DNA of 64,000 nt, from contig JAPPFE010000016.1 in the NCBI GenBank assembly GCA_028823955.1, positions 12,497 through 76,496 on the forward strand, in the 5' to 3' direction. The DNA is from Candidatus Dadabacteria bacterium. GTDB lineage: Bacteria > Desulfobacterota_D > UBA1144 > Nemesobacterales > Nemesobacteraceae. The notes beneath the pieces were generated by a model that searched no databases, was not told the origin of the DNA, and saw only the letters and a list, made by a program, of their open reading frames with translations. Position numbers and translations under genes: made by a program. Below, one piece after another: positions 27,628 to 35,940 of the stretch. Every line of letters starts with the position of its first letter. Position 1 is the stretch's first letter.

Positions 27628-29046
27628 TTGAGTGCTTTGAAAAACCGGAAAAAATCTTTCAATCTAGTTCCATTCTTTCCCGTATTTATTTTCTGTTTTT
27701 TGCTCTCGTTCCTAGCGGTTTTTGCGTTCCAGTATTTTTATTTCCCGGAGAGGTACGCCGACCTCATAGTTGAGGAGATGGAAGAAGTGTTCAGCGAGGA
27801 GGTTTTTTTCGCCGACCGCGCAAGAAGCATTCTTGATACGAGAAACAATGTCGGGTACGTAAGGCTGCTTGATCATAACGGGGTGCTTGAGAAGAGTTTC
27901 GGTTTTCAGGACGACAAGGGTTTTGAGAAGCTCACCCTCAAGGGACCTGAGGGAAAGACTGTCCTTTTGGGTCTGAGAAGTTCTGTTGGGAAAAGCTTCC
28001 ACCTTGACGCTTTGCTCTGGAGCCTCATTTTCGCTTCCCTGATGGCAGTTGTTTTTACTTCCCTGATACGTTTTATAAGTGATCGGGCATTCCGGTTCAT
28101 GGGGGAATTCTCTGAAGCTGTAGGTTCTGTTGCCAGCGGAGATTACTCAGTCCGCTTAGATGGACGGTCTTCGCTCATTGCGGGGGCAGGGGTTCAGTGG
28201 CTTTGCCGTGAATTCAACGAAATGGTCTCTTCGCTTGAAAGCGGGTCGGCCGACCGGGACGACACGGAGGATTTGGAAGATGCGGACTTTGACCGTTCAG
28301 ATGAACTGCCGACGGATTTCCGGCCGAAGATAGTCTTAAGAGAGGAGCAATCTTCTGATGTTTCTGCATTTGAGGCTCCCCAAGATTCGTTTGATGAGGG
28401 GCTGGTGGAAATCGTGCATGTTGAAGAAGAGGATGCCGAACCTAAACAAGAGGCTCCCTCCGCCGTTACCGAGGTTGCGGATTCCGAGGGGAAGAAGGTA
28501 GATATCAGCATACTCGTCGTAAAGATCGCGGATTTTGAAACCCTGATTGAAGATGTTTCGCCATCCAGCGTCAACTCTCTTACGGCCGATTACAGAAAGA
28601 CCGTTTCAACCACTGTAGGCTCCTTCGGAGGAACCGTGGAGGCCATACTTCGCGATGAGGTGGTGGCTTTTTTCACCAGCCCCGATCCCGGACCCGTTGC
28701 AAAGCTCAATTGCGTGTGCTGCGCGGTTGAGATGATGCAGCTTTTCGCCGGGGTGGTCGATGGTCAGAAAATCTCTACCCGGTCGGATATAAAGCTTAAG
28801 ATGGGCATTTCCTCGGCTGATTTGCCGGTGTCAGATGAATCGGACGTTTTCGCGCTTGCGAAACCCTTTGTGGACGAGGCCAAGGCTCTTTGCGATGGAG
28901 CGAGGGCTTGGAGCGTGTTTGTTACGACCGGTTTCCGCGAGGGCGCAAGCGATTATCTCGAAGTGAGACGTGAAAAGGTCGATGGGAACCTCTGTTACGC
29001 CGTTACCGGGGTTGAGGAAGAAGCATTGCAGCGGGCCGGAAGATAG
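27628..29046 (+). CDS. Membrane-anchored HAMP domain protein with a C-terminal class III nucleotidyl cyclase-like domain that may be degenerate
   Basis: Two TM segments. A HAMP-like segment (AFRFMGEFSEAVGSVASGDYSVRLDG...). An acidic linker. A cyclase-homology-like region (ISILVVKIADFETL...RDEVVAFF...KLKMGISSADL), some of whose canonical catalytic residues look substituted. Confidence 0.5.
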   Translation: MSALKNRKKSFNLVPFFPVFIFCFLLSFLAVFAFQYFYFPERYADLIVEEMEEVFSEEVFFADRARSILDTRNNVGYVRLLDHNGVLEKSFGFQDDKGFEKLTLKGPEGKTVLLGLRSSVGKSFHLDALLWSLIFASLMAVVFTSLIRFISDRAFRFMGEFSEAVGSVASGDYSVRLDGRSSLIAGAGVQWLCREFNEMVSSLESGSADRDDTEDLEDADFDRSDELPTDFRPKIVLREEQSSDVSAFEAPQDSFDEGLVEIVHVEEEDAEPKQEAPSAVTEVADSEGKKVDISILVVKIADFETLIEDVSPSSVNSLTADYRKTVSTTVGSFGGTVEAILRDEVVAFFTSPDPGPVAKLNCVCCAVEMMQLFAGVVDGQKISTRSDIKLKMGISSADLPVSDESDVFALAKPFVDEAKALCDGARAWSVFVTTGFREGASDYLEVRREKVDGNLCYAVTGVEEEALQRAGR

Positions 29047-29180
29047 ATCTCTCTCCTTACTTTGCTCTGCTCTTTTAATTCAGTTTTCTACCATTCCTGT
29101 TATATTTTCTCATCCGGGCTGGAAACCGGCTTCTTAGCCAATAACGGTTCACCGTACTGTATGTCTGGGATTTTTGTCAG

Positions 29181-31808
29181 ATGAAAGGATACGAGGTTAG
29201 AAGAGAATTTATCGAGTATTTCTCCGAAAGGGGACACGAACCGGTGCGCAGTTCCATTCTTATACCGGAGAACGATCCTACCCTCCTTTTTACCAACGCC
29301 GGGATGGTTCAGTTCAAAAATGTTTTCACTGGGAATGAGACCAGGGATTTCAAAAGAGCGGTTTCTTCCCAGAAGTGTCTCAGAGCCGGGGGAAAGCACA
29401 ACGATCTTGACAATGTCGGATATACGGCGAGACATCACACTTTTTTTGAAATGCTTGGGAATTTCTCCTTTGGGGACTACTTCAAGGAAGGAGCCATCAG
29501 TTACGGGTGGGATCTTATTACCAATGTTTACGGACTTCCCATGGAAAAGCTCTGGGTCACAGTTTATCAAGACGACGACGAGGCTTTTGAGATCTGGAAC
29601 AAAAATATCGGTGTTGCCAGGAAAAGAATCGTGAGGATGGGGGAGAAAGACAATTTCTGGTCAATGGGGGATACGGGCCCGTGCGGTCCGTGTTCCGAGA
29701 TACTGATAGACCAGGGGGAATCGCTTGGCTGCGGGAAAGCGGGGTGCGCCGTCGGATGCGAGTGCGATCGTTACCTTGAGCTCTGGAATCTTGTGTTCAT
29801 GCAGTTTGAGAGAAATCAAAAGGGAGAGATGACACCTCTTCCTCGTCCCAGCATCGACACGGGGCTTGGGCTTGAAAGACTTACAGCGGTTCTTCAGGGA
29901 GTGCGGAGCAACTATGAGACCGACCTTCTAAGAGGAATAATAAGCAGGATAGAGGAGCTTTCCGGAAGAGATTATTCCACCGACCGCTCGACCGAGGTTG
30001 CGATGAGGGTTATAGCGGACCATTCAAGAGCGCTTGCCTTTCTCATCTCGGACGGAGTATTCCCGTCAAATGAAGGCAGGGGATACGTTCTTAGGAGAAT
30101 ACTCAGGAGAGCTGTTCGCCACTCCAAGTTTCTGGGAATAGACGAACCCTTTATTTACAGGGTCCTGCCCGCGGTTGAGGGAATCATGGCGGATGCCTAC
30201 CCTGAGATCAGGGAAAAGGGGGATTTTGTATCCCAGGTTGTAAAAAGCGAGGAGGAGAGATTCCTCGAGACGGTGGACAGAGGACTTGAACTTCTTAACC
30301 AGGAAATCGCAAAGCTCGGGAAAAAGAAGAAGCTCCCCGGCAAGGTGGTTTTCAGTCTCTACGATACATACGGGTTCCCGGTTGACCTAACCGAAGACAT
30401 AACCAGAACCGAGGGTATAGATATTGACCTCCAAGGCTTTGAGAAGGAAATGGAGCGACAGAGAACCAAGTCAAGAAAAGCCCGCGGCGGCGGAGAGACC
30501 GACCTTACATCTGTTCTGCTTGAGCTCGCCGGAGAGATGACAACAGAATTTGTTGGCTACAAGACCCTCTCTTCCGAAGGCGCGGTTACTGGAATAATAA
30601 GTCAGGGAGAGATTTCCGACACAGCCTGGGAAGGTCAGGAAGCCCAGATAATTACCGATATCACTCCTTTTTACGGGGAATCGGGCGGACAGACCGGGGA
30701 CAGGGGTGAAATTGCCGGGCCGGGATTCCATGCGAAAGTCCTCGATACCAAAAAGCTCACCCCCACGTTTTTCATTCACAATGTTGTTATCGAGAAGGGA
30801 AATGCGCAGGTCGGCGACCAGGTGCACATGGAGGTCGACCCCGTGTTCAGACAGGGGGTTATGGCTCACCATACCTCAACACATGTGCTTCACGCCGTTT
30901 TAAAGGAAGTCCTCGGCAATCACGTCAACCAGGCAGGATCGTTCGTCGGGCCCGACAGGCTCAGGTTTGATTTCAGCCACTATTCCTCGATCGAGAAACA
31001 GCAGCTCGATTCCATAGAACAGATCATCAACGAGAGGATAAGGCGTGACGACAAGGTCGTGACAAAAGAAGACGTTTCATACGACGAGGCCATAAAGGAC
31101 GGTGCCACCGCTATATTCGAAGAGAAATACGGCGACAGGGTGAGGGTGGTGATGATAGGGGACTACAGCAAGGAGCTTTGCGGCGGTACCCATGTTGGGG
31201 CCTCGGGTGAGATAGGAATGGTGAAGATAGTGTCCGAGAGCGCTTCCTCCGCGGGAGTAAGGAGGATCGAGGCCGTAAGCGGGGAGGCCGCATGGAATTA
31301 CATGAAAGGGCAGGAAAATATTCTTAATGAATTCTCTTCCGCCCTTAACGCTCCCCGCTCTGAACTTCTTTCCAGACTTGCCGGAGTGGTTGATGAAAAT
31401 GCCCGGCTCCAGGCTGAGATCGAATCTTTCAGGGCGAAGACTCTTGTAGAAACGGCCGCCGGGCTGATTGACAAGGTTGAGGATGTTGGGGGAGTCAATC
31501 TCCTTGGGGTCAAAGTTTCTGTTTCGGGACCTGCAGAACTGCGTTCTCTTTGGGATTACCTGAAGGGGAAAATGGATAGCGGAATCGCTGTGCTTGTCGC
31601 TGAGAAGGAAGGCCGGGTTTTTATTCTTGCGGGTATCACCAGGGATATTGTCGGTCGTTATCACGCTGGAAATATCATAAAGGAGCTTGCCGGGATTGTC
31701 GGCGGAAAAGGGGGCGGGGGCGCCGAGATGGCACAGGCGGGCGGAAATATGCCTGGAAATATACCAAAGATGCTTGACCACTTGAGAAATCTCATATGCG
31801 AGGGGTGA
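29181..31808 (+). CDS. alaS: Alanine--tRNA ligase
   Basis: 875 aa class II aaRS. HTFFEMLGNFSFGDYFK, the editing-domain HxxxH/CGGTH motifs, and a C-terminal DHHA1 domain. Confidence 0.95.
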   Translation: MKGYEVRREFIEYFSERGHEPVRSSILIPENDPTLLFTNAGMVQFKNVFTGNETRDFKRAVSSQKCLRAGGKHNDLDNVGYTARHHTFFEMLGNFSFGDYFKEGAISYGWDLITNVYGLPMEKLWVTVYQDDDEAFEIWNKNIGVARKRIVRMGEKDNFWSMGDTGPCGPCSEILIDQGESLGCGKAGCAVGCECDRYLELWNLVFMQFERNQKGEMTPLPRPSIDTGLGLERLTAVLQGVRSNYETDLLRGIISRIEELSGRDYSTDRSTEVAMRVIADHSRALAFLISDGVFPSNEGRGYVLRRILRRAVRHSKFLGIDEPFIYRVLPAVEGIMADAYPEIREKGDFVSQVVKSEEERFLETVDRGLELLNQEIAKLGKKKKLPGKVVFSLYDTYGFPVDLTEDITRTEGIDIDLQGFEKEMERQRTKSRKARGGGETDLTSVLLELAGEMTTEFVGYKTLSSEGAVTGIISQGEISDTAWEGQEAQIITDITPFYGESGGQTGDRGEIAGPGFHAKVLDTKKLTPTFFIHNVVIEKGNAQVGDQVHMEVDPVFRQGVMAHHTSTHVLHAVLKEVLGNHVNQAGSFVGPDRLRFDFSHYSSIEKQQLDSIEQIINERIRRDDKVVTKEDVSYDEAIKDGATAIFEEKYGDRVRVVMIGDYSKELCGGTHVGASGEIGMVKIVSESASSAGVRRIEAVSGEAAWNYMKGQENILNEFSSALNAPRSELLSRLAGVVDENARLQAEIESFRAKTLVETAAGLIDKVEDVGGVNLLGVKVSVSGPAELRSLWDYLKGKMDSGIAVLVAEKEGRVFILAGITRDIVGRYHAGNIIKELAGIVGGKGGGGAEMAQAGGNMPGNIPKMLDHLRNLICEG

Positions 31809-31835
31809 CTAATTATTTTTTCTTTAAGTCCTGTT

Positions 31836-32633
31836 TTGATGGAAGCCTGTAGAGCAAAGCTCTTCCCTGCTGGTTTAGCAGTTTTTCTGTTGCTTTCTTT
31901 GATCATTCCAAATGCCGGTTTTGCAGGTGAAGGGCCGGATAATCCCCCGCAGAACGAAACAGAGTTTATACGCTTCGACAAATACGCCGGGGTCTTTATC
32001 GGTCCCGGTTCTATGAAGAACCGGATAACAGATGTTGATGGCTTTGCTGACAAGGGTAATTCCGGTTCGGTTTCAAAATATGACGATACGGGTTTTGTCG
32101 GCGGCGTTATTGTAGGGAGAAAATTCGATGTTGGTGGCTTGACCCTGAGAATGGAGCTTGACGGTACGTTGACCAACGTGTCGGCATCAACCAACAAGCT
32201 CGATCCTGAAAATTTGGATGAAACTGCCGGATCGGAATTTTCGTGGATTGTTTCTGCGCGCGGGGGAGTTGAGCAGGCGGTTGGTTGCGTAACAGTCTTT
32301 GTGACCATCGGGCTGGCTTTTGCCGACATCAGCAACTCGGTAACCGATATTGATCCCAGCGATTCGGGCTCCGTGATGGATCCCGACGATTCTTTCGGCA
32401 AGGATTCAACGGAAGTGGGCTGGGTGGTTGGAGCCGGCGCGGAAGCCGCGTTGTCCGACGCCTGGGCTTTGAGGCTTGAAGGCTTGCATATGGATTTTGG
32501 AGAGAGCACTCATCTAGTTAACCGCTCCGCAGATAACCGCTGCTGTGGACCCAAGACTCCCAGAAGGGCCGTATCCTACGAAGTTGAAAACAGACTTTCC
32601 ACTGCCCGCTTGGCAATAATTCGCCGGTTCTGA
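31836..32633 (+). CDS. Outer-membrane beta-barrel protein (OmpA-like / OMP_b-brl family), probably C-terminally disrupted
   Basis: Signal peptide and alternating beta-strand pattern up to ...ALRLEGLHMDFGE. The last roughly 40 codons are not barrel-like. The expected C-terminus sits on the opposite strand at 32964-33179. Confidence 0.5.
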   Translation: MMEACRAKLFPAGLAVFLLLSLIIPNAGFAGEGPDNPPQNETEFIRFDKYAGVFIGPGSMKNRITDVDGFADKGNSGSVSKYDDTGFVGGVIVGRKFDVGGLTLRMELDGTLTNVSASTNKLDPENLDETAGSEFSWIVSARGGVEQAVGCVTVFVTIGLAFADISNSVTDIDPSDSGSVMDPDDSFGKDSTEVGWVVGAGAEAALSDAWALRLEGLHMDFGESTHLVNRSADNRCCGPKTPRRAVSYEVENRLSTARLAIIRRF

Positions 32634-32817
32634 GTTCAACAAATCCATCAGGCCGCCTTGTGAGTTCCAAGCAGCCTTCGGAGAGTTGCTCTTTGCGATG
32701 TTCAGGCTATCCGGGCAAAGAAAGTTCATTCCTGCCGAGAGAATTCATAGAAGGGGATGATGTGTTGTATTTTAAGACCCTAGAAAAGGTGGTTGCAAGA
32801 ATGACTCGGATTTTTCT

Positions 32818-32945
32818 CTGAAGCGGAATCGAGGGTCCCCTACGAATTCACGGTGACTGGCCCTATGCCTTCACTTTTACATGAAGTCACCGCCATGTCC
32901 CACAAACCATAAGGGACCTCGATCCGCTAGATTCTCTTCCGCTTC
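32818..32945. repeat. Roughly 130-bp palindromic (hairpin-forming) element in a degenerate intergenic region
   Basis: The left arm GAAGCGGAATCGAGGGTCCCCT pairs with the right arm AGGGACCTCGATCCGC...TTCCGCTTC. An inner inverted repeat CACGGTGACT/AGTCACCGCCATG is also present. Confidence 0.4.
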
Positions 32946-32963
32946 ACTTTGAGAAAACGGAAA

Positions 32964-33179
32964 TCAGAATGCATATTTCATTACCAGACTGACTCCGAAT
33001 GCGCTTAAGCCGTCAGTCTCAATTGTATACTCAACTGTGTTCGTTCCTGGGCCATTATTGAGGGCGTGACCGCGCAACTGGCCCCATACATCTCCGCCGC
33101 TGAACTTGGCGTACTGGACCCAGCGTCCCTTGACTCCGATTGAAGTACTATCGGTCAGCATATAATCCACTCCGACCAC
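32964..33179 (-). pseudogene. Detached C-terminal fragment of an OMP beta-barrel gene (last strands ending ...GVSLVMKYAF)
   Basis: 71 codons with a canonical C-terminal aromatic ending (KYAF). A TAA stop sits 3 codons upstream of its first codon, so no 5' part is present on this strand. Confidence 0.45.
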
Positions 33180-33372
33180 CGCCTGTTAACCGAACACCGT
33201 ATCTATGTAGGAATAGAAAGCCACACACCCTATTAAAGACCATATTATAATTCGGGCTCTAATTCAATTAAAATTTGCAATTATGATTGAAAATGAAAGG
33301 TTCATAAATAGCTAGGAATTTCAGTGGGTTATAGGTAAGAACCCTCTCGGACTTATGCTTATCCCGAGAATT

Positions 33373-34260
33373 CTATACGTGAAAATGCTCTTTCTGGAAT
33401 TCCTTCCTGATCTTGTTAAGAGCGTTTTTTTCTATCTGTCTTACACGTTCTCTTGAGATGCCGAATTTGCGGGAAAGTTTTTCAAGAGTTTCGGGAGAAT
33501 CGGTGAGAACTCGTCTTTCAATAATGTATCTTTCCCTGTCTTTCAGGTTCGCCAAGGCTTCTTTTATCTTCTTGGCCACAAGCGGGCGGGTCTGGGAGTC
33601 TTCGAGGAACTGCTCCTGGTCAAAGGTGTCCCCCAGCATGTCAACGTAAGTACGTTCCGTGCTGCCTTCTATGTTTGCGTCAAGAGACAGGTCTTTTCCG
33701 GACATTATCCGGTCCATCTCGATTACCTGGCTGTCCGGCACGTCGAGTTCCCTGGCTATCTCGGAGTAAATATCTTCCCCCATCTCGGCTCCCGTGGCTT
33801 CGATTTTGTTTTTCGTTGACCTGAGTTTGTAGAAGAGTTTTCTTTGCGACTGGTTCGTCCCGACTTTTACCAGGCTCCAGCTTCTCATTATGTGGTTCTG
33901 TATGTAAGCCCTTATCCACCAGACCGCGTATGAGATGAGCCTGTATCCCTTTGTAGGGTCAAAGCCTCTTACGGCCTTCATGAGTCCTATGTTGCCTTCC
34001 TGGATAAGATCCAGGGTGTTTACGTTGTAGTTTTTGTATTCGTTCGCGATACGCACGACGAACTTCAGGTTTGATACAATCAGTTTTCTGGCGGCCTCAA
34101 GATCACCGGTTTCCCTGTGCCTCATCGCGAGTTCGTACTCCTCTTCCCTGCTCAAAACAGGGTAGTCCCTGATCTGCGCCAGATAGCTTTGCAGGGAGTT
34201 TGAAAGCGCGGGAAGAGATGAACTCAGTTCTTCCGGTCTCTTTTCTTTTTTTCCGGCCAT
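33373..34260 (-). CDS. rpoH: RNA polymerase sigma-32 (heat-shock sigma factor)
   Basis: Sigma-70 regions 2 and 4, plus the RpoH box (QRKLFYKLR). 295 aa. Confidence 0.8.
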   Translation of the reverse strand: MAGKKEKRPEELSSSLPALSNSLQSYLAQIRDYPVLSREEEYELAMRHRETGDLEAARKLIVSNLKFVVRIANEYKNYNVNTLDLIQEGNIGLMKAVRGFDPTKGYRLISYAVWWIRAYIQNHIMRSWSLVKVGTNQSQRKLFYKLRSTKNKIEATGAEMGEDIYSEIARELDVPDSQVIEMDRIMSGKDLSLDANIEGSTERTYVDMLGDTFDQEQFLEDSQTRPLVAKKIKEALANLKDRERYIIERRVLTDSPETLEKLSRKFGISRERVRQIEKNALNKIRKEFQKEHFHV

Positions 34261-34345
34261 TTTTGCTTCGGTATTAGATTTGTTGACTGTTTTTCTTATC
34301 TATATAAAATTAACTACTCCTTGGCTTTTTTCTATTTTCTACAGT

Positions 34346-34421
34346 TCCGGCGTAGCTCAGTTGGCAGAGCAGATGACTGTTAATCATCGGGTCGCAGGTT
34401 CGAGCCCTGCCGCCGGAGCCA
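34346..34421 (+). tRNA. tRNA-Asn (anticodon GTT)
   Basis: Hand-folded cloverleaf. Acceptor stem TCCGGCG/CGCCGGA. D-arm GCTC-AGTTGGCA-GAGC. Anticodon stem GATGA/TCATC with loop CTGTTAA. T-arm GCAGG-TTCGAGC-CCTGC. Discriminator G and encoded CCA. Confidence 0.85.
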
Positions 34422-34519
34422 CAATTAAATTGCAACTGCCTTATATCATTAAATCTTCTGAAATACAAAGAATTTCGGTATCACTATTAATACCACATTA
34501 GATAAAACTAAAAAAAAGA

Positions 34520-35212
34520 TTGATGGAAATAAGTGAGGAATTTTTCAGTTTTGTTTCAGCTCTTCTTGTACTGTATGTGGGAAATCACCTGTTGGATGAG
34601 GAGCGTCGAAACCGGAGAATTAGAGCTCTTTACCAAGCACTTTACGAAGAACTCAAAGAGATTCGAAATGCATATAATGAAGAGGTGGGAGTTTTTTGGA
34701 AGGCACTTGAAGAGGAAGGAGAAGTAAAAGTCTTTCCGGTCAACTTATCACTTACTCAAGATTATCTTGCCGTCTATCATTCAAATGCGAATCTTATCGG
34801 TGAGATCCCGAGCTCAAAACTGCGACGTAAAATAGTAAAAACATATACATCGTTAAAAGTTCTTATTGACTATTACAAACAAAATAACGGATTGCTGGAT
34901 CAGCTTGAAAAGGAAAAGAAGGAATTAGTAAACCAACCTGTGTTAGAGGCTCTTATTGATTATTACAAACAGGATAACAAAATACTGTATGAGCATGAAA
35001 AAAGAGAGTCGACAAAAAAAACCGTTGAATATGATCCAACTGTGCTAGACTTCACAAAACGTCTACAAGAACGTCATCACCGTTTTGAGAGATCTTTGAA
35101 AAAACTCATCAAAACGTTAAAAAAAGAATTGTCTAAATTTAACTACGAAAACCCTGTCCGAACAATCTCCATTCTTCGATCATCAAGCCTGACAACGCTG
35201 CAGCTTTTGTGA
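34520..35212 (+). CDS. AT-rich hypothetical protein with an N-terminal TM helix, coiled-coil and an internal direct repeat
   Basis: 230 aa and clearly lower GC than its surroundings. The peptide repeat LIDYYKQNNGLLDQLEKEKKEL / LIDYYKQDNKILYEHEKRE. It is the first gene after the tRNA. Confidence 0.45.
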   Translation: MMEISEEFFSFVSALLVLYVGNHLLDEERRNRRIRALYQALYEELKEIRNAYNEEVGVFWKALEEEGEVKVFPVNLSLTQDYLAVYHSNANLIGEIPSSKLRRKIVKTYTSLKVLIDYYKQNNGLLDQLEKEKKELVNQPVLEALIDYYKQDNKILYEHEKRESTKKTVEYDPTVLDFTKRLQERHHRFERSLKKLIKTLKKELSKFNYENPVRTISILRSSSLTTLQLL

Positions 35213-35713
35213 TGTCCATACCGCCCCCGACCATGCTTTGAAACGCCCACGGCACTTCGGATGTTTTGGCCGATGTGGCCACACAGGCGTGCTTTTCCAC
35301 ACAAATTGGTGTCATATCCCAAACCAACCTTGAAAAGCGTCATAGTGGGCGACTGAGGCCGCATATACGGGGAGTTTTTTGCCTTCAACGATCCTGACCC
35401 GCCTGCCCGCCATTGAGTGTCTGGGGGGGCATCCGAGCGGATCGAGCCTATACAAACGCGTTCTCGTGCCGGTATGTATCTCAAGGCATACTATACCGGC
35501 GTGGTTGTATTTCGGTGCCCCAAAGCACCTGGAGCGGAGATTCCTTCCAAGCGGAATCTGGCCAGAGTAACCCATTGAGGTTATAACTCTCTTCACCAAT
35601 TTGGCAGAAAGAAGTTGCTTCATTTTGCCTTTGACGGCCTGTTAATGTACATTATAATCTGTTTTCATTGGTTTTCATAGACATTCGACCGACAACTGGC
35701 GAAGAGGATTGAA

Positions 35714-35929
35714 ATGACTGCTGAAGAACGATGGGTCGGCGTCGATGATGTGGCTGCGCATCTCGATGTCAACAAGGATTCCATTTATCGTTGGATAAAC
35801 AACAAGGGTCTTCCCGCGCATAAGGTTGGCCGTCTCTTTCGTTTCAAACTGTCTGAAATCGATGACTGGATTCGTGCCGGTGGCGCGGGTGAAACAGCTT
35901 CCAACAGCCCGGGCCGCGATGGTGATTAA
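35714..35929 (+). CDS. Excisionase-family helix-turn-helix DNA-binding protein (HTH_17 / AlpA-like)
   Basis: 71 aa. WVGVDDVAAHLDVNKDSIYRWINNKGLPAHKVGRLFRFKLSEIDDWI is the canonical excisionase-family HTH. Confidence 0.7.
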   Translation: MTAEERWVGVDDVAAHLDVNKDSIYRWINNKGLPAHKVGRLFRFKLSEIDDWIRAGGAGETASNSPGRDGD

Positions 35930-35940
35930 GGAAACAAGAA

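Noticed and set aside
32517-33192. GTTAACCG octamers treated as definite inversion recombination sites
   Set aside because: An 8-bp direct repeat can arise by chance in 64 kb, and re-inversion leaves a 1-nt frame offset. I kept it only as a hypothesis within the OMP finding.
34280-34501. 73-aa ORF overlapping tRNA-Asn
   Set aside because: It spans the tRNA gene. Its reading frame translates the tRNA itself (..SGVAQLAEQMTVNHRVAGSSP..), so it is spurious.
35143-35623. Short minus-strand ORFs (103 and 113 aa) between the AT-rich gene and the xis-like gene, examined as possible integrase remnants
   Set aside because: No tyrosine-recombinase motifs were visible (no R..HxxR..Y pattern) and the ORFs overlap one another. 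I left this region unannotated; it may be promoter or leader.
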